Positions 25,974 to 35,654 of a stretch of 40,796 bases of DNA are shown here, piece after piece (position 1 is the first letter of the stretch; each line of letters starts with the position of its first letter). The DNA comes from Clostridia bacterium (GTDB taxonomy: Bacteria > Bacillota > Clostridia > Oscillospirales > CAG-272). The DNA is taken from positions 1 through 40,796 of the forward strand of contig JAFTOK010000092.1 in the NCBI GenBank assembly GCA_017463815.1, written 5' to 3'. The notes under the pieces were generated by a model. It saw only the letters and a list, made by a program, of their open reading frames with translations. It was not told where the DNA came from and did no database searches. Both the position numbers and the translations under genes were made by a program.

Positions 25974-27254
25974 ATGGATTTGACAAAAATTCTCGCGGGG
26001 CTCGAAAACTGCCCTTGCGGTAAAAAACACACGTTTTTCACAAAAGCGATTGAAATAGGCAGCGGCATCACGAAAGATACGGGCAAAATTTTGCGCGCAA
26101 ACGGCTTTGCCGACACACTTCTTTTGGTAGCCGACGAAAACACCATCGCGGCGGCAAGCGGTATTCGCGAAAGCCTTGCAGAGGCAGGCTTTGCCGTTAA
26201 GGAACAGATTTATGAAAATATGATGTATGCCCGCGCAGAGCAGGTGGAAGAGTTGATTGCCCTTTCCGAGGACGTTGAGGGTATTATCTCTGTCGGCACG
26301 GGCTCGCTCAACGATATTTGCCGTGTTACGGCGTTCAAAACAGGCAAAAAATTCTGCATTTTTGCCACAGCACCCAGTATGGACGGTTTTGCTTCCGACA
26401 CAGCGCCCATTATCAAAAACAACTTCAAAGAATCCTGGCAGGCGGAACAGCCGCTCGTTATCATAGGTGACACAAAAGTTCTCGCCGCCGCCCCCACAGA
26501 GCTTAAAGCCTCCGGCTTTGGCGATATGGTTGCCAAATACATAGGTCTTGCGGAATGGAAAATTGCAAACCTGCTCATCGGCGAATACTACTGCGAAAAT
26601 ATCGCCGCGATTACGCAGCAGGCTGTAGACAAAATCTCCGCCCTCGCAGACAAAATCTGCGAAAACAGCGAAGAAGCCGCAGGCGCCGTTATGGAATCTC
26701 TCGTGCTCACAGGCCTTGCAATGAAGCTCGCAGGTTGCTCCCGCCCCGCGTCCGGTGCGGAACACGTTGTTTCCCACTACCTCGAATGCTACAAGGTTAA
26801 CCGCGGCATCTGGCCCGAGTTCCACGGCAAAAAGGTTGGCGTGGTAACTGTGCTTCTCAACCGCGCATACCGCAACCTCGCAGAACGCGTTACGGAAATA
26901 GACCCCGTGGCAGACCCGACGGATTGGGAGCTCGTTTACTCCAAATACGACGAATGTATGCTTGCAGACGTAAAACGTGTTAACACTCCCACGATTACGG
27001 ACAAGGTTGACCCCGCGAAGCTCAAAGAGCTTTGGCCCGAAATCCGCAAAATCATTCTCGAAACGCTCCCCACAGACGAAAAACTTATGGCGGATATGAA
27101 GGCGGCAGGCGCGGCTACCACGCCCGAAGAAGTGCACGTGGGCGAAGAACTCCTCGAAAATGCGCTCCGTTTCCACCCCTATATGCGCTACCGTTTGCTC
27201 ATAACAAGACTTATGCCTATGCTCGGCCTTGATATTATGGACTTTATGGAATAA
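25974..27254 (+). CDS. sn-glycerol-1-phosphate dehydrogenase (AraM/EgsA-like)
   Basis: N-terminal CPCGKKH, GTGSLND, TAPSMDGFAS, ASGAEH..SH, HGKKVG. Confidence 0.88.
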   Translation: MDLTKILAGLENCPCGKKHTFFTKAIEIGSGITKDTGKILRANGFADTLLLVADENTIAAASGIRESLAEAGFAVKEQIYENMMYARAEQVEELIALSEDVEGIISVGTGSLNDICRVTAFKTGKKFCIFATAPSMDGFASDTAPIIKNNFKESWQAEQPLVIIGDTKVLAAAPTELKASGFGDMVAKYIGLAEWKIANLLIGEYYCENIAAITQQAVDKISALADKICENSEEAAGAVMESLVLTGLAMKLAGCSRPASGAEHVVSHYLECYKVNRGIWPEFHGKKVGVVTVLLNRAYRNLAERVTEIDPVADPTDWELVYSKYDECMLADVKRVNTPTITDKVDPAKLKELWPEIRKIILETLPTDEKLMADMKAAGAATTPEEVHVGEELLENALRFHPYMRYRLLITRLMPMLGLDIMDFME

Positions 27255-27265
27255 TGTGATAATAT

Positions 27266-27295
27266 AAAAATCCTCGCTTCGGCGGGGATTTTTTT
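27266..27295 (+). terminator. Rho-independent terminator
   Basis: AAAAATCCTCGC-TTCG-GCGGGGATTTTTTT. Confidence 0.85.
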
Positions 27296-27409
27296 GCGCA
27301 GACGCGAGCAATCCTTAAAATTTGTTAAAGTTTTTCTTTGCGTATTGCCTTTTTTCGTTTTTTGTATTACAATGTAAAAGGTAAAGTTTTTTTGAAAGGA
27401 GTGAACGTT

Positions 27410-28264
27410 GTGGTAATACGCGCAAAAAGGACGTCGGAGCATATAGCGCTTGCGCTTTTTATGGGCATTTTGCTCTATTTTGCCCATTCTTTTCTCGTTA
27501 CGGAAAAGTTAATTCCGAACGATATACTGCGGAGCATAGCTTCTGCCGCCTTTTCCGTTTTGCGCCTCGGCGTGCCCGCCCTTATGCTCGGGCTTATGCA
27601 AAAACGCGCAGGATTTAAAGAGCTCGAACTTAAAAAAAATCCCGAGGGTTCGGCAAAATATAACGTAACGCTTGCTTTCGGCGGCTTTGCGGTTATATTC
27701 GTTTTCGGCTTAATGTATTCCGCAGCGTTTCCTATGGCGGCGGCTTCTTTCGCCGGCGACGACGCTTTCTCGGTTGCCATAACCGTTATAAACTCGGTGC
27801 TTGTGCCCGCTGTTTTTGAAGAATACCTTTACCGCAGGCTCATTTGCAAGGAGCTTACGCTTCACGGCGGCGCGTTTGCAGTTATAATTTCCGCGCTTCT
27901 TTTCGGCCTTGCGCATTTTTCGTTCTATACGTTCCCGTACGCATTTGTATGCGGGCTTATACTCGGTTTCGTATACCTCAAAACGGGCTCGGCAAAATAT
28001 ACCGCGGCTGTCCACTTTGCGAATAATCTGCTTTCTTACGTTTTGTCGCTCGTCGGCACGAAAATGGAAAAGCTGGATTATACAAACCTCGTAATGCTGC
28101 TGACCATCGCCCTGTGCGTGATGGCGCTCGGCGCTTTCTACACGATTATACCAAATATGAAAAAATTTGCCTTTTGCGAAAACGGAAATGTCGCTTCCTC
28201 TGTGTTTCTCACGTTTTCTATGGTGGTATACATCGCTTGCGCCGTGCTTATGAACTTTATATGA
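27410..28264 (+). CDS. CPBP (CAAX/Abi) intramembrane metalloprotease
   Basis: EEYLYR, LFGLAH, HFANN motifs. GTG start after AAAGGAG. Confidence 0.9.
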   Translation: MVIRAKRTSEHIALALFMGILLYFAHSFLVTEKLIPNDILRSIASAAFSVLRLGVPALMLGLMQKRAGFKELELKKNPEGSAKYNVTLAFGGFAVIFVFGLMYSAAFPMAAASFAGDDAFSVAITVINSVLVPAVFEEYLYRRLICKELTLHGGAFAVIISALLFGLAHFSFYTFPYAFVCGLILGFVYLKTGSAKYTAAVHFANNLLSYVLSLVGTKMEKLDYTNLVMLLTIALCVMALGAFYTIIPNMKKFAFCENGNVASSVFLTFSMVVYIACAVLMNFI

Positions 28265-28758
28265 CGAACGAAACAGATAATTTTGAGTATATGCGCCTTG
28301 CCATAGAGGAAGCAAAAAAATCCCTCGCCATAGAAGAAGTGCCCGTGGGCGCTGTGGTCGTGTGCGAAGGGGAAGTGGTATCGGCGGCATTCAACACGCG
28401 CGAAACAGAAAAAAACGCCATACGCCACGCGGAGGTCACGGCAATCTCCCGCGCTTGCGAAAAGCTGGGCGGCTGGCGTCTGCACAAATGCGAACTTTAC
28501 GTTACGCTCGAACCCTGCCCGATGTGCGCGGGCGCAATAGTCAATTCCAGAATAAAGCGCGTTGTTTACGGCGCAAAAGACACAAAAGCGGGCGCTTTCG
28601 GCACGGTGCTCGATTTAAACGACTTCCCGCTCAACCATAAACCCGAAATCGTTTCGGGCGTTTGCGAGGAGGAATGTGCCGCCTTGCTCTCTGATTTTTT
28701 TAAAATTCTGCGTGCAAAAAAAAATGCGACAAAAAAAGCCGAGATACATACAAATTAA
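28261..28758 (+). CDS. tadA: tRNA adenosine(34) deaminase
   Basis: EVPVGAV, HAE, TLEPCPMCAGA. The start overlaps the upstream stop (ATGA). Confidence 0.93.
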   Translation: MTNETDNFEYMRLAIEEAKKSLAIEEVPVGAVVVCEGEVVSAAFNTRETEKNAIRHAEVTAISRACEKLGGWRLHKCELYVTLEPCPMCAGAIVNSRIKRVVYGAKDTKAGAFGTVLDLNDFPLNHKPEIVSGVCEEECAALLSDFFKILRAKKNATKKAEIHTN

Positions 28759-28824
28759 GGAAATAATTTGTATAACAAAGCATTTTCGGCGTGCAAAGTG
28801 GCGTAAAATGGGGTTAAAATATGT

Positions 28825-28853
28825 TTGACTTTTAATATGCCATATGCTATACT
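28825..28853 (+). promoter_or_regulatory. Sigma-A promoter
   Basis: TTGACT-17 bp-TATACT with extended TG. Confidence 0.7.
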
Positions 28854-28948
28854 TAACTTACAAAAACAAAAGGAAATTTTCCGTGCGGAGCGCTCGTTCT
28901 TCATCTTGTACAGCTCGGAGCGGAAGAAAAACAAAAAGGAGAGAAAAA

Positions 28949-30268
28949 ATGAAAAGAAACCTCAAACAAATCTTGCTCGTATTCCTTGCCCTCGCGATTA
29001 CCGTTTCCGCAAGCACCTGCCTTTTCTCTTGCGGCAGAGAATCTACGGCACAAACCACGGGCGAAACCATTCCCGGCATTATGTCCTCCGACAATTCCAC
29101 GAGCGGCACCGTAGACGCTACGGGCGGCACAACAACAGGTACAGTACAGGAACCCATCGACGGCACAACAACAGGCACGACAACACCCATAGTTACACCC
29201 CCTGTAAACGACGGCGATTACATAAACCCTCTCACGGGTCTTAAAACAAATAATAAAGACGCTTCCACGCTCAAGCCCCTCGCGGTTATCGTGGATAACG
29301 TAGATGCGGCATACGCACACCAGACAGGCCTTACACAGGCAGACATTCTTTATGAAACGCTCGTTGCCCCCGGCATCACACGTTTTACAGCGCTCATTTC
29401 CGATTATTCCGCGCTCAAGGATATTTGCAACATCCGCGAGGCTTATATGGAACATATAGACATCGTGGGCAGCCACAACGCGGTTCTCGTGGCTCACGGC
29501 GGTGCTACACACCTCGGCGATTTCGTTTCCGTTGCGGCGGCTCGTTTTGGCGGCGGCTGGAACGAAAACCTCCAGAAAAACACATACGGCTACATCAACA
29601 CGATGAAAGATATCGCTTTCACAGCCGAGGGCGGTGAAAGATACGGCACAATTAAATATTATAAAGACGACGAAAGCTACCGTAAAGACATCGGCTTCGA
29701 TACACTTCTCACTTCTTCTGCGGTTGCGGCTATTTTCAGCACCAAGGCAAGCGCGTTTGTTCAGTCCGGCGCTACGGAAAAGGGCTCTGCAAAGGCGTTT
29801 ACCTTCGTTGACCTTACGGAAACAAAGGTTATGAACGGCACGGCGGCGAAAGAAATAAAAATTTCTTTCACAATGGATAATTACGCGGGCACAAAGAGCG
29901 TTGCATACGTTTATGATACAGAGCTCGGTATGTATTTGCGCTACCAGGGCACAAGCAACAAGGCTCACAAAGACTCCGTAACAGGCGCACAGCTCGCGTT
30001 CACAAACGTGCTCACACTCTTCACGGACGTTACAAGCACAAAAACTGCAAACGATGAGGTTGTTACCTCCACGATGGTTGTGGGCGAAGGCACGGGTTAC
30101 TACTTCTACGGCGGCGAAGCTGTTGAAATAAAATGGTCTAAATCCGCTTGGGACGGCGCTCTCACACTTACGGATAAAGACGGCAACGCGCTCGAACTCG
30201 CACGCGGCACAACGTACGTTTCCTACCTCGACAACACAAACACGGCAAAAGCGGTAAGCTTTAGCTGA
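28949..30268 (+). CDS. DUF3048/YerB-like lipoprotein
   Basis: Signal peptide with LFSC, Thr-rich linker, NPLTG, PLAVIVDN, QTGLTQADILYE...GITRF. Confidence 0.8.
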   Translation: MKRNLKQILLVFLALAITVSASTCLFSCGRESTAQTTGETIPGIMSSDNSTSGTVDATGGTTTGTVQEPIDGTTTGTTTPIVTPPVNDGDYINPLTGLKTNNKDASTLKPLAVIVDNVDAAYAHQTGLTQADILYETLVAPGITRFTALISDYSALKDICNIREAYMEHIDIVGSHNAVLVAHGGATHLGDFVSVAAARFGGGWNENLQKNTYGYINTMKDIAFTAEGGERYGTIKYYKDDESYRKDIGFDTLLTSSAVAAIFSTKASAFVQSGATEKGSAKAFTFVDLTETKVMNGTAAKEIKISFTMDNYAGTKSVAYVYDTELGMYLRYQGTSNKAHKDSVTGAQLAFTNVLTLFTDVTSTKTANDEVVTSTMVVGEGTGYYFYGGEAVEIKWSKSAWDGALTLTDKDGNALELARGTTYVSYLDNTNTAKAVSFS

Positions 30269-30281
30269 AAATGAAAAAACA

Positions 30282-30309
30282 AAAAATGCACTCGAAAGAG
30301 TGCATTTTT
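30282..30309. terminator. Bidirectional terminator
   Basis: AAAAATGCACTC-GAAA-GAGTGCATTTTT. Confidence 0.85.
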
Positions 30310-30314
30310 GTTTT

Positions 30315-30974
30315 CTATTCCGTTTTAATTGTGTACCCTATGCCGCGCACGGTGGAAATGAGCTTTATGCCAAACTTTTCATCCAGCTTCTCGCGCAGGT
30401 AACGCACGTAAACGTCCACAATGTTTGTGTCTGTGCCGTCTTTTTCCCAAACGGCTTTTGCCGCTTGAGCACGCGTTACCGTGCCGCCTTTGTTCTTTAT
30501 TAGGTAGAGAAGCAGCGCAAATTCACGCTTCGTGAGCTCTACGGTTTCGCGCTTATAGGAAACGGTGTGCTCCTTTTCGTTTAAAATGAGCGAATCTGCC
30601 GCGCTTTTGCGGTGCTTCGCCACGCGCACACCGAAATCCGCCTCCTCGCTTTTTTCAAAGAAAGAGGAAATGAAGCCCGTTATGGAAAAGGGGCGCGTGA
30701 AAATGTGGAATCCGGCGGCAATTTTGGGGGATACGCCCGCAAGCGCCTCGGGGGAGCCGAAAAGCAAGACCTGCGTGCTTTCAAGCTCGCAGGAGTCTTC
30801 CGAAATTTGCGCGAAAATTTCCGCATCGAGCACGGTAAAATCGGCGGCGGATATTTCCTTGCGCGTTTCTTCGGAAAGGCTTTCCGCCACGGAAACGTGC
30901 GGGCAGAAAGCGGAAATTTCCAAATACAGCATTCGGGCGAAAATTTTATCTTTTGTCAGTATAAGAACTTTCAT
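30315..30974 (-). CDS. OmpR/PhoB-type winged-helix regulator with degenerate receiver domain
   Basis: LTKREFALL, NIVDVYVRYLREKL, ISTVRGIGY. Confidence 0.88.
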   Translation of the reverse strand: MKVLILTKDKIFARMLYLEISAFCPHVSVAESLSEETRKEISAADFTVLDAEIFAQISEDSCELESTQVLLFGSPEALAGVSPKIAAGFHIFTRPFSITGFISSFFEKSEEADFGVRVAKHRKSAADSLILNEKEHTVSYKRETVELTKREFALLLYLIKNKGGTVTRAQAAKAVWEKDGTDTNIVDVYVRYLREKLDEKFGIKLISTVRGIGYTIKTE

Positions 30975-31001
30975 AACAGTTTCGCTTTCTTATAATTATA
31001 A

Positions 31002-31031
31002 TAATTCTGCATTCTTCATTCTGCACTCTGC
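31002..31031 (-). repeat. Heptamer tandem repeat (AGARTKM) x4
   Basis: Minus strand AGAGTGC AGAATGA AGAATGC AGAATTA. Confidence 0.85.
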
Positions 31032-31032
31032 G

Positions 31033-33246
31033 TTACTTTTTCAGCGTTCCCGGTGTGGCGGGTATTTTCGTTTTGCGAAGCCCTGTTGTGTCGGGGAATT
31101 CTTTTGCAAAATCTTTGAGCGCGAAAGCGACCTCGTCGTCCTTTTTGAGCGCTATAATGGTAGAGCCTATGCTCGTGCGCGTGGTTTTAAGGGGCAAGAG
31201 CTTCGTGCTTATAATCGTGCCTTTGCCCGCCTTCGTGCCAACAAGCATTTCGAAAGGCTCGCTTTCGTAAATTGCGGCGACAAGCGGCGCGGCGTCGGAA
31301 TATGCCGCCACGAGTTTTTTGCGGTTGCCCTTCGTTTCGTAGGAGGAAACGGGAATCTTCACGCCCTTGCCGTTTGCGAAGATGTAGACGATGTTGTGCG
31401 CGGGCTCGTATTTTTTGAGCGCTTTCATAGCCACAACCTTTTCGCCCACGTCGAAATCGAGCTTGGCAGGCACAAATTCGCCGAGGGAAGATGCCTTCAC
31501 CTGGTCAAATTCGCACACGTGTGATTTATAAATTTTTTGCTTGTCGGTTATAAAGAGGAGCTCATCTACGTTTTCCGCGTCTTCTTCTAAAATTACACGG
31601 TCGCCGTCTTTGAGCTTGTGCTCGTCGCTGCCGCGAAGCGTGCTCGCGCGCAGAGATTGGTGCGTGATTTTCTTGAAGAAGCCGTCACGCGTGAGCACGA
31701 GGCGCACGCTGTAATTTTCCACGTGGTTTTCCTCTGTGTAATCCGCGATGTCATCCTCGAAGATGAGGCGCGTTTTGCGCGGAATAGCGTATTTATCTTT
31801 GATTTTTTTGAGCTGTTTTGCGATGTATTTTTTCAGTTTCTTTTCCGAGCCGAGAATGGAGCGCAGTTCGTCTATTTCCTTTTGCAGGTTTTCTATTTCC
31901 GCAATACGTTCCATAATATATTCGCGGTTGAGGTGGCGGAGCTTGATTTCCGCGATGTATTCCGCCTGAACTTCGTCGAGGTTGAAACCGCTCATAAGGT
32001 TAGGCACGACGTCCTTTTCCTTCTCGGTTTCGCGAACGATTTTGATTGCTTTGTCGATATCGAGCAGGATTTCGCCCATACCCATAAGCAGGTGTAGCTT
32101 TTCGTTCTTCTTTTCGAGGTCGAAGCGAAGCTCGCGGCTTACACAGCCCATACGGAAGTGTATCCACTCCGAAAGGATTTCGCGCACACCCATCGTACGT
32201 GGCGTGCCGTCCACGAGAATGTTGAAGTTGCAGGCGAAATTATCCTGAAGCGATGTCTTTTTAAAGAGTTTCGCCATAAGCTTTTCGGGGTCTGTGCCGC
32301 GGCGCAAATCGAGCGTGAGCTTAAAGCCGTGCAGGTCGATTTCGTTGCGCGCGTCCGTCACTTCGCGGAGCGAACCGTCTTTAATCATATCCGTGATTTT
32401 TTTGAGAATGAGCTCTATCGTGGTGGAATATGGGATTTCAAGCACTTCTATGCAGTTTTCCGCTTTGTCGTAAACGTAGCGCGCGCGCAGGGTAAAGCTG
32501 CCTTCGCCCGTTTCGTAGATGTGGCGGAGCTTTTCGCGGTCGTAGATAATGCCTGCGCCGCCGGAAAAATCGGGCGCTTTTATTATGTCGAGCAGTTCTT
32601 CCGTGGTGGTATCGGGGTTATCGAGAAGCGCTATCGTGCCGTCGCAGATTTCGCCGAGGTTAAAGGAGCAGATTTTGCTTGCCATACCTACGGCTATACC
32701 CATATTGGGAGAAACGAGCACGTTCGGGAACGCCGTGGGCAAAAGAACGGGCTCTTTCATCGTGGCGTCGTAGTTATCCGTCATTTCCACGGCGTTTTTG
32801 TCTATGCCGCCGAAAATTTCGTTGCAGAAGGTGTCCAGCTTTGCCTCTGTATAACGCGAAGCGGCGTATGCCATATCGGAGCTGTACTGCTTGCCGAAGT
32901 TGCCCTTGGAATCCACAAAAGGGTGGAGCAGGGCGCCGTTGCCGCGCGTAAGGCGCACCATAGTTTCGTAAATTGCCGCGTCGCCGTGGGGGTTCAGCTT
33001 CATCGTGGCGCCGACGATGTTTGTGCTTTTTGTGCGTGCGCCCGTAAGAAGCCCCATTTTATACATCGTATAGAGCAGTTTTCTATGCGAGGGTTTGAAA
33101 CCGTCTATTTCGGGAATGGCACGGGAAACGATTACCGTCATAACGTACGGCATATAGTTTTTTTCGATTGTTTCCGTTATGGGTTGTGGAGTTATGGGTG
33201 CTGGTGGGAGTTCTATTTTTACGTTGTTTTTTCTTGTTTTTGCCAT
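31033..33246 (-). CDS. parC: Type IIA topoisomerase subunit A (probably topoisomerase IV ParC)
   Basis: DGFKPSHR, PHGD, AASRYTE (catalytic Tyr). At 737 aa with no recognisable GyrA-box, ParC is favoured over GyrA. Confidence 0.85.
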   Translation of the reverse strand: MAKTRKNNVKIELPPAPITPQPITETIEKNYMPYVMTVIVSRAIPEIDGFKPSHRKLLYTMYKMGLLTGARTKSTNIVGATMKLNPHGDAAIYETMVRLTRGNGALLHPFVDSKGNFGKQYSSDMAYAASRYTEAKLDTFCNEIFGGIDKNAVEMTDNYDATMKEPVLLPTAFPNVLVSPNMGIAVGMASKICSFNLGEICDGTIALLDNPDTTTEELLDIIKAPDFSGGAGIIYDREKLRHIYETGEGSFTLRARYVYDKAENCIEVLEIPYSTTIELILKKITDMIKDGSLREVTDARNEIDLHGFKLTLDLRRGTDPEKLMAKLFKKTSLQDNFACNFNILVDGTPRTMGVREILSEWIHFRMGCVSRELRFDLEKKNEKLHLLMGMGEILLDIDKAIKIVRETEKEKDVVPNLMSGFNLDEVQAEYIAEIKLRHLNREYIMERIAEIENLQKEIDELRSILGSEKKLKKYIAKQLKKIKDKYAIPRKTRLIFEDDIADYTEENHVENYSVRLVLTRDGFFKKITHQSLRASTLRGSDEHKLKDGDRVILEEDAENVDELLFITDKQKIYKSHVCEFDQVKASSLGEFVPAKLDFDVGEKVVAMKALKKYEPAHNIVYIFANGKGVKIPVSSYETKGNRKKLVAAYSDAAPLVAAIYESEPFEMLVGTKAGKGTIISTKLLPLKTTRTSIGSTIIALKKDDEVAFALKDFAKEFPDTTGLRKTKIPATPGTLKK

Positions 33247-33274
33247 ATTTTTTACTCCGTGGTGAGAAGTTTTT

Positions 33275-33407
33275 AGCCTCCCTTGTGCAAAGGGAGGTGG
33301 ATTTTGCGAAGCAAAAGACGGAGGGATTGTTTCAGAAAATACAAAATGTTTGGCTACAATCCCTCAGTCAGCTTGCGCTGACAGCTCCCTTTGCACAAGG
33401 GAGCCTT
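33275..33407. repeat. REP-like inverted doublet
   Basis: Reverse-complement copy of 5394-5528, with one arm essentially identical. Confidence 0.92.
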
Positions 33408-33430
33408 GAAGGCGAAGTGTTTTATTGCAA

Positions 33431-35425
33431 TTATATATCTGCGTCTTTGAGGTAGAATTTGCCGTTTTTGCGGATAAAATCTTTTCTTTCCGCCAGGTCG
33501 TCGCCGAGCAAGGTTTCGAATATATATGCCGTTTGCTCTGCATCGGTGGGGCTTACCTTTATGAGCCTGCGCGTGGCGGGGTTCATTGTCGTCTGCCACA
33601 TCATCTCGGGTTCGTTTTCACCAAGACCTTTGGAGCGCTGTATAGTGTATTTTTTGCCCGCCAGGCGTAAGAGAATGTCCGATTTCTCCTGCTCGTTGTA
33701 GGCAAAATACGTGTCTTTTCCGCAGGTGATTTCAAAAAGCGGGGATTCCGCTATGAAAACCTTGCCCTCTTTTATGAGCGTGGGCAAAAGGCGGTAGAAA
33801 AGCGTGAGCAGAAGCGTGCGTATCTGGAAACCGTCCTCATCGGCATCGGTACAGATGATGATTTTGCTCCATTTCAAGAGGGAAAGGTCGAAGGTGTTCT
33901 GTGCGGCCTTCGTTTTGCCCTGTATTTCCGCGCCGCAACCGATTACTTTGAGCAGGTCTACGATAATTTCGCTTTTGAAAATTTTATCGTACCCGCATTT
34001 AAGGCAGTTCAGTGTTTTGCCGCGCACGGGAATGATTGCCTGAAATTCCGCGTCGCGCCCCTGTATGCAGGAGCCCATCGCGGAGTCGCCCTCCACTATA
34101 TAGACCTCGCGCTTTTCGGGGTCTTTGGAGCGGCAGGAAACGAATTTTTCCACGCGGTTGGCAAGGTCGTTGTTGCCGGAAGCGAGCTTCTTTTTAACGT
34201 CCACGCGCGTTTTTTCCGCAGTTTCGCGGCTGCGCTTGTTTATGAGCACCTGCGCGGCTATTTTGTCTGCCTCAGCGGGTTTTTCAGCAAAGTAGACTTC
34301 CAGCGCGTGCTTCATATAGCTTGTGAGCGCTTCTTTTATAAATTCGTTGGTGATGGCTTTCTTCGTCTGGTTTGCGTAGGAAACCATCGTGGAGAAGCTG
34401 TTTATAACGATAAGCAGGCTATCCTCTATATCGGAAAAGCTGATTTTGCTTTCGTTTTTATTATATTTACCCGTAGCTTTGATATATTTATCTATCGCAT
34501 AGCTGAACGCTGTTTTCGTTGCGCTGTCGGGCGAGCCGCCGTGCTCCAAAAAGCTTGCGTTGTGGTAATATTCCGTTTTGCTCACTTCGTTGGAAAAGCA
34601 GAATGCTATTTCCGCCTTGAAGTTGTATTCGGGCTTGTCTGCGCGGTCGCGCCCGCGTGCTTCCGTCTGCCAGAATACGGGCGTGGTTATGGAGCTTTCG
34701 CCCGCGAGAGATGTTACGTAATCGGCGATGCCGTTTTCGTAATAATACGTGCTTTCATCATATTCGCCGTCGGCTTTCTGCCAGCGGAAGATGAAGGAAA
34801 GCCCCTTGTTGGAAATCGCCTGGCGCTCCAGCATAGTTTCGTAAAATTCGCGCGGGATGGCTGTGTCTGTAAATACCTCCAGGTCGGGGCGCCACGTTAC
34901 AACCGTGCCGTGCTGTTTATCCTTGCGCGAAAGCTTTTCGCGCTTCAGTTCGCCGTCGGGCTTGCCTTTTTTGAAGTGCATTTCCAACATTTCGCCGCCG
35001 CGGTAGGATTTTACCTGCATAAATTCGGAGCTGTACTGTGTGGAGGCCGCGCCGAGGCCGTTGAGACCCAGGGAATATTTGTAGTTTGCGCCGCTGTCGT
35101 TATTGTTGTATTTGCCGCCGGCGTAAAGCTCGCAGTAGACGAGCTCCCAGTTATATTTGCCTTCTTTTTCGTTGTAGTCCAGCGGCACGCCGCGCCCTTC
35201 GTCCTCTATTGAAATGACGCCGTCGCGCGTGACGGTGATATATATTTTTGTGCCGTACCCCTCGCGCGCTTCGTCTACGGAGTTGGAAAGAATTTCAAAG
35301 ACTGAATGTTCGCAGCCCTCTATACCGTCCGAGCCGAAAATAACGGCGGGGCGTTTGCGCACACGGTCTGCGCCCTTGAGCGAGGTGATACTTGCGTTAT
35401 CGTAAACAGGTGTTTTTGCCGGCAT
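33431..35425 (-). CDS. parE: Type IIA topoisomerase subunit B (probably ParE)
   Basis: GHKL motif EILSNSVDE, GLNGLG, TOPRIM EGDSA, PVRGK, DADEDG, KGLGE. Confidence 0.85.
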   Translation of the reverse strand: MPAKTPVYDNASITSLKGADRVRKRPAVIFGSDGIEGCEHSVFEILSNSVDEAREGYGTKIYITVTRDGVISIEDEGRGVPLDYNEKEGKYNWELVYCELYAGGKYNNNDSGANYKYSLGLNGLGAASTQYSSEFMQVKSYRGGEMLEMHFKKGKPDGELKREKLSRKDKQHGTVVTWRPDLEVFTDTAIPREFYETMLERQAISNKGLSFIFRWQKADGEYDESTYYYENGIADYVTSLAGESSITTPVFWQTEARGRDRADKPEYNFKAEIAFCFSNEVSKTEYYHNASFLEHGGSPDSATKTAFSYAIDKYIKATGKYNKNESKISFSDIEDSLLIVINSFSTMVSYANQTKKAITNEFIKEALTSYMKHALEVYFAEKPAEADKIAAQVLINKRSRETAEKTRVDVKKKLASGNNDLANRVEKFVSCRSKDPEKREVYIVEGDSAMGSCIQGRDAEFQAIIPVRGKTLNCLKCGYDKIFKSEIIVDLLKVIGCGAEIQGKTKAAQNTFDLSLLKWSKIIICTDADEDGFQIRTLLLTLFYRLLPTLIKEGKVFIAESPLFEITCGKDTYFAYNEQEKSDILLRLAGKKYTIQRSKGLGENEPEMMWQTTMNPATRRLIKVSPTDAEQTAYIFETLLGDDLAERKDFIRKNGKFYLKDADI

Positions 35426-35654
35426 ATTTTTCTCCTTGAGAATAGAAATGGTGTGTTTGTCACGTTATTTCAACATTGTTAAAATCCGCTATTGCTTTAT
35501 CCGAAAAAATTTGATAAAATATATAATACATTTAATAAAAAACTTTGCATAAGTTTGAAAATTTTAATGTCATTCTAATATTTCGGTTTTTATTATAGCA
35601 CAAAAAATTTGCAAAATCAACAGTAGAACTGTGAGAAAAAGGGGTGAGTTTTGT

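Noticed and set aside
27410-28758. CPBP/Abi protease plus deaminase as an anti-phage system
   Set aside because: The deaminase has canonical TadA motifs and CPBP proteins are common housekeeping membrane proteases. There is no defence-island context.
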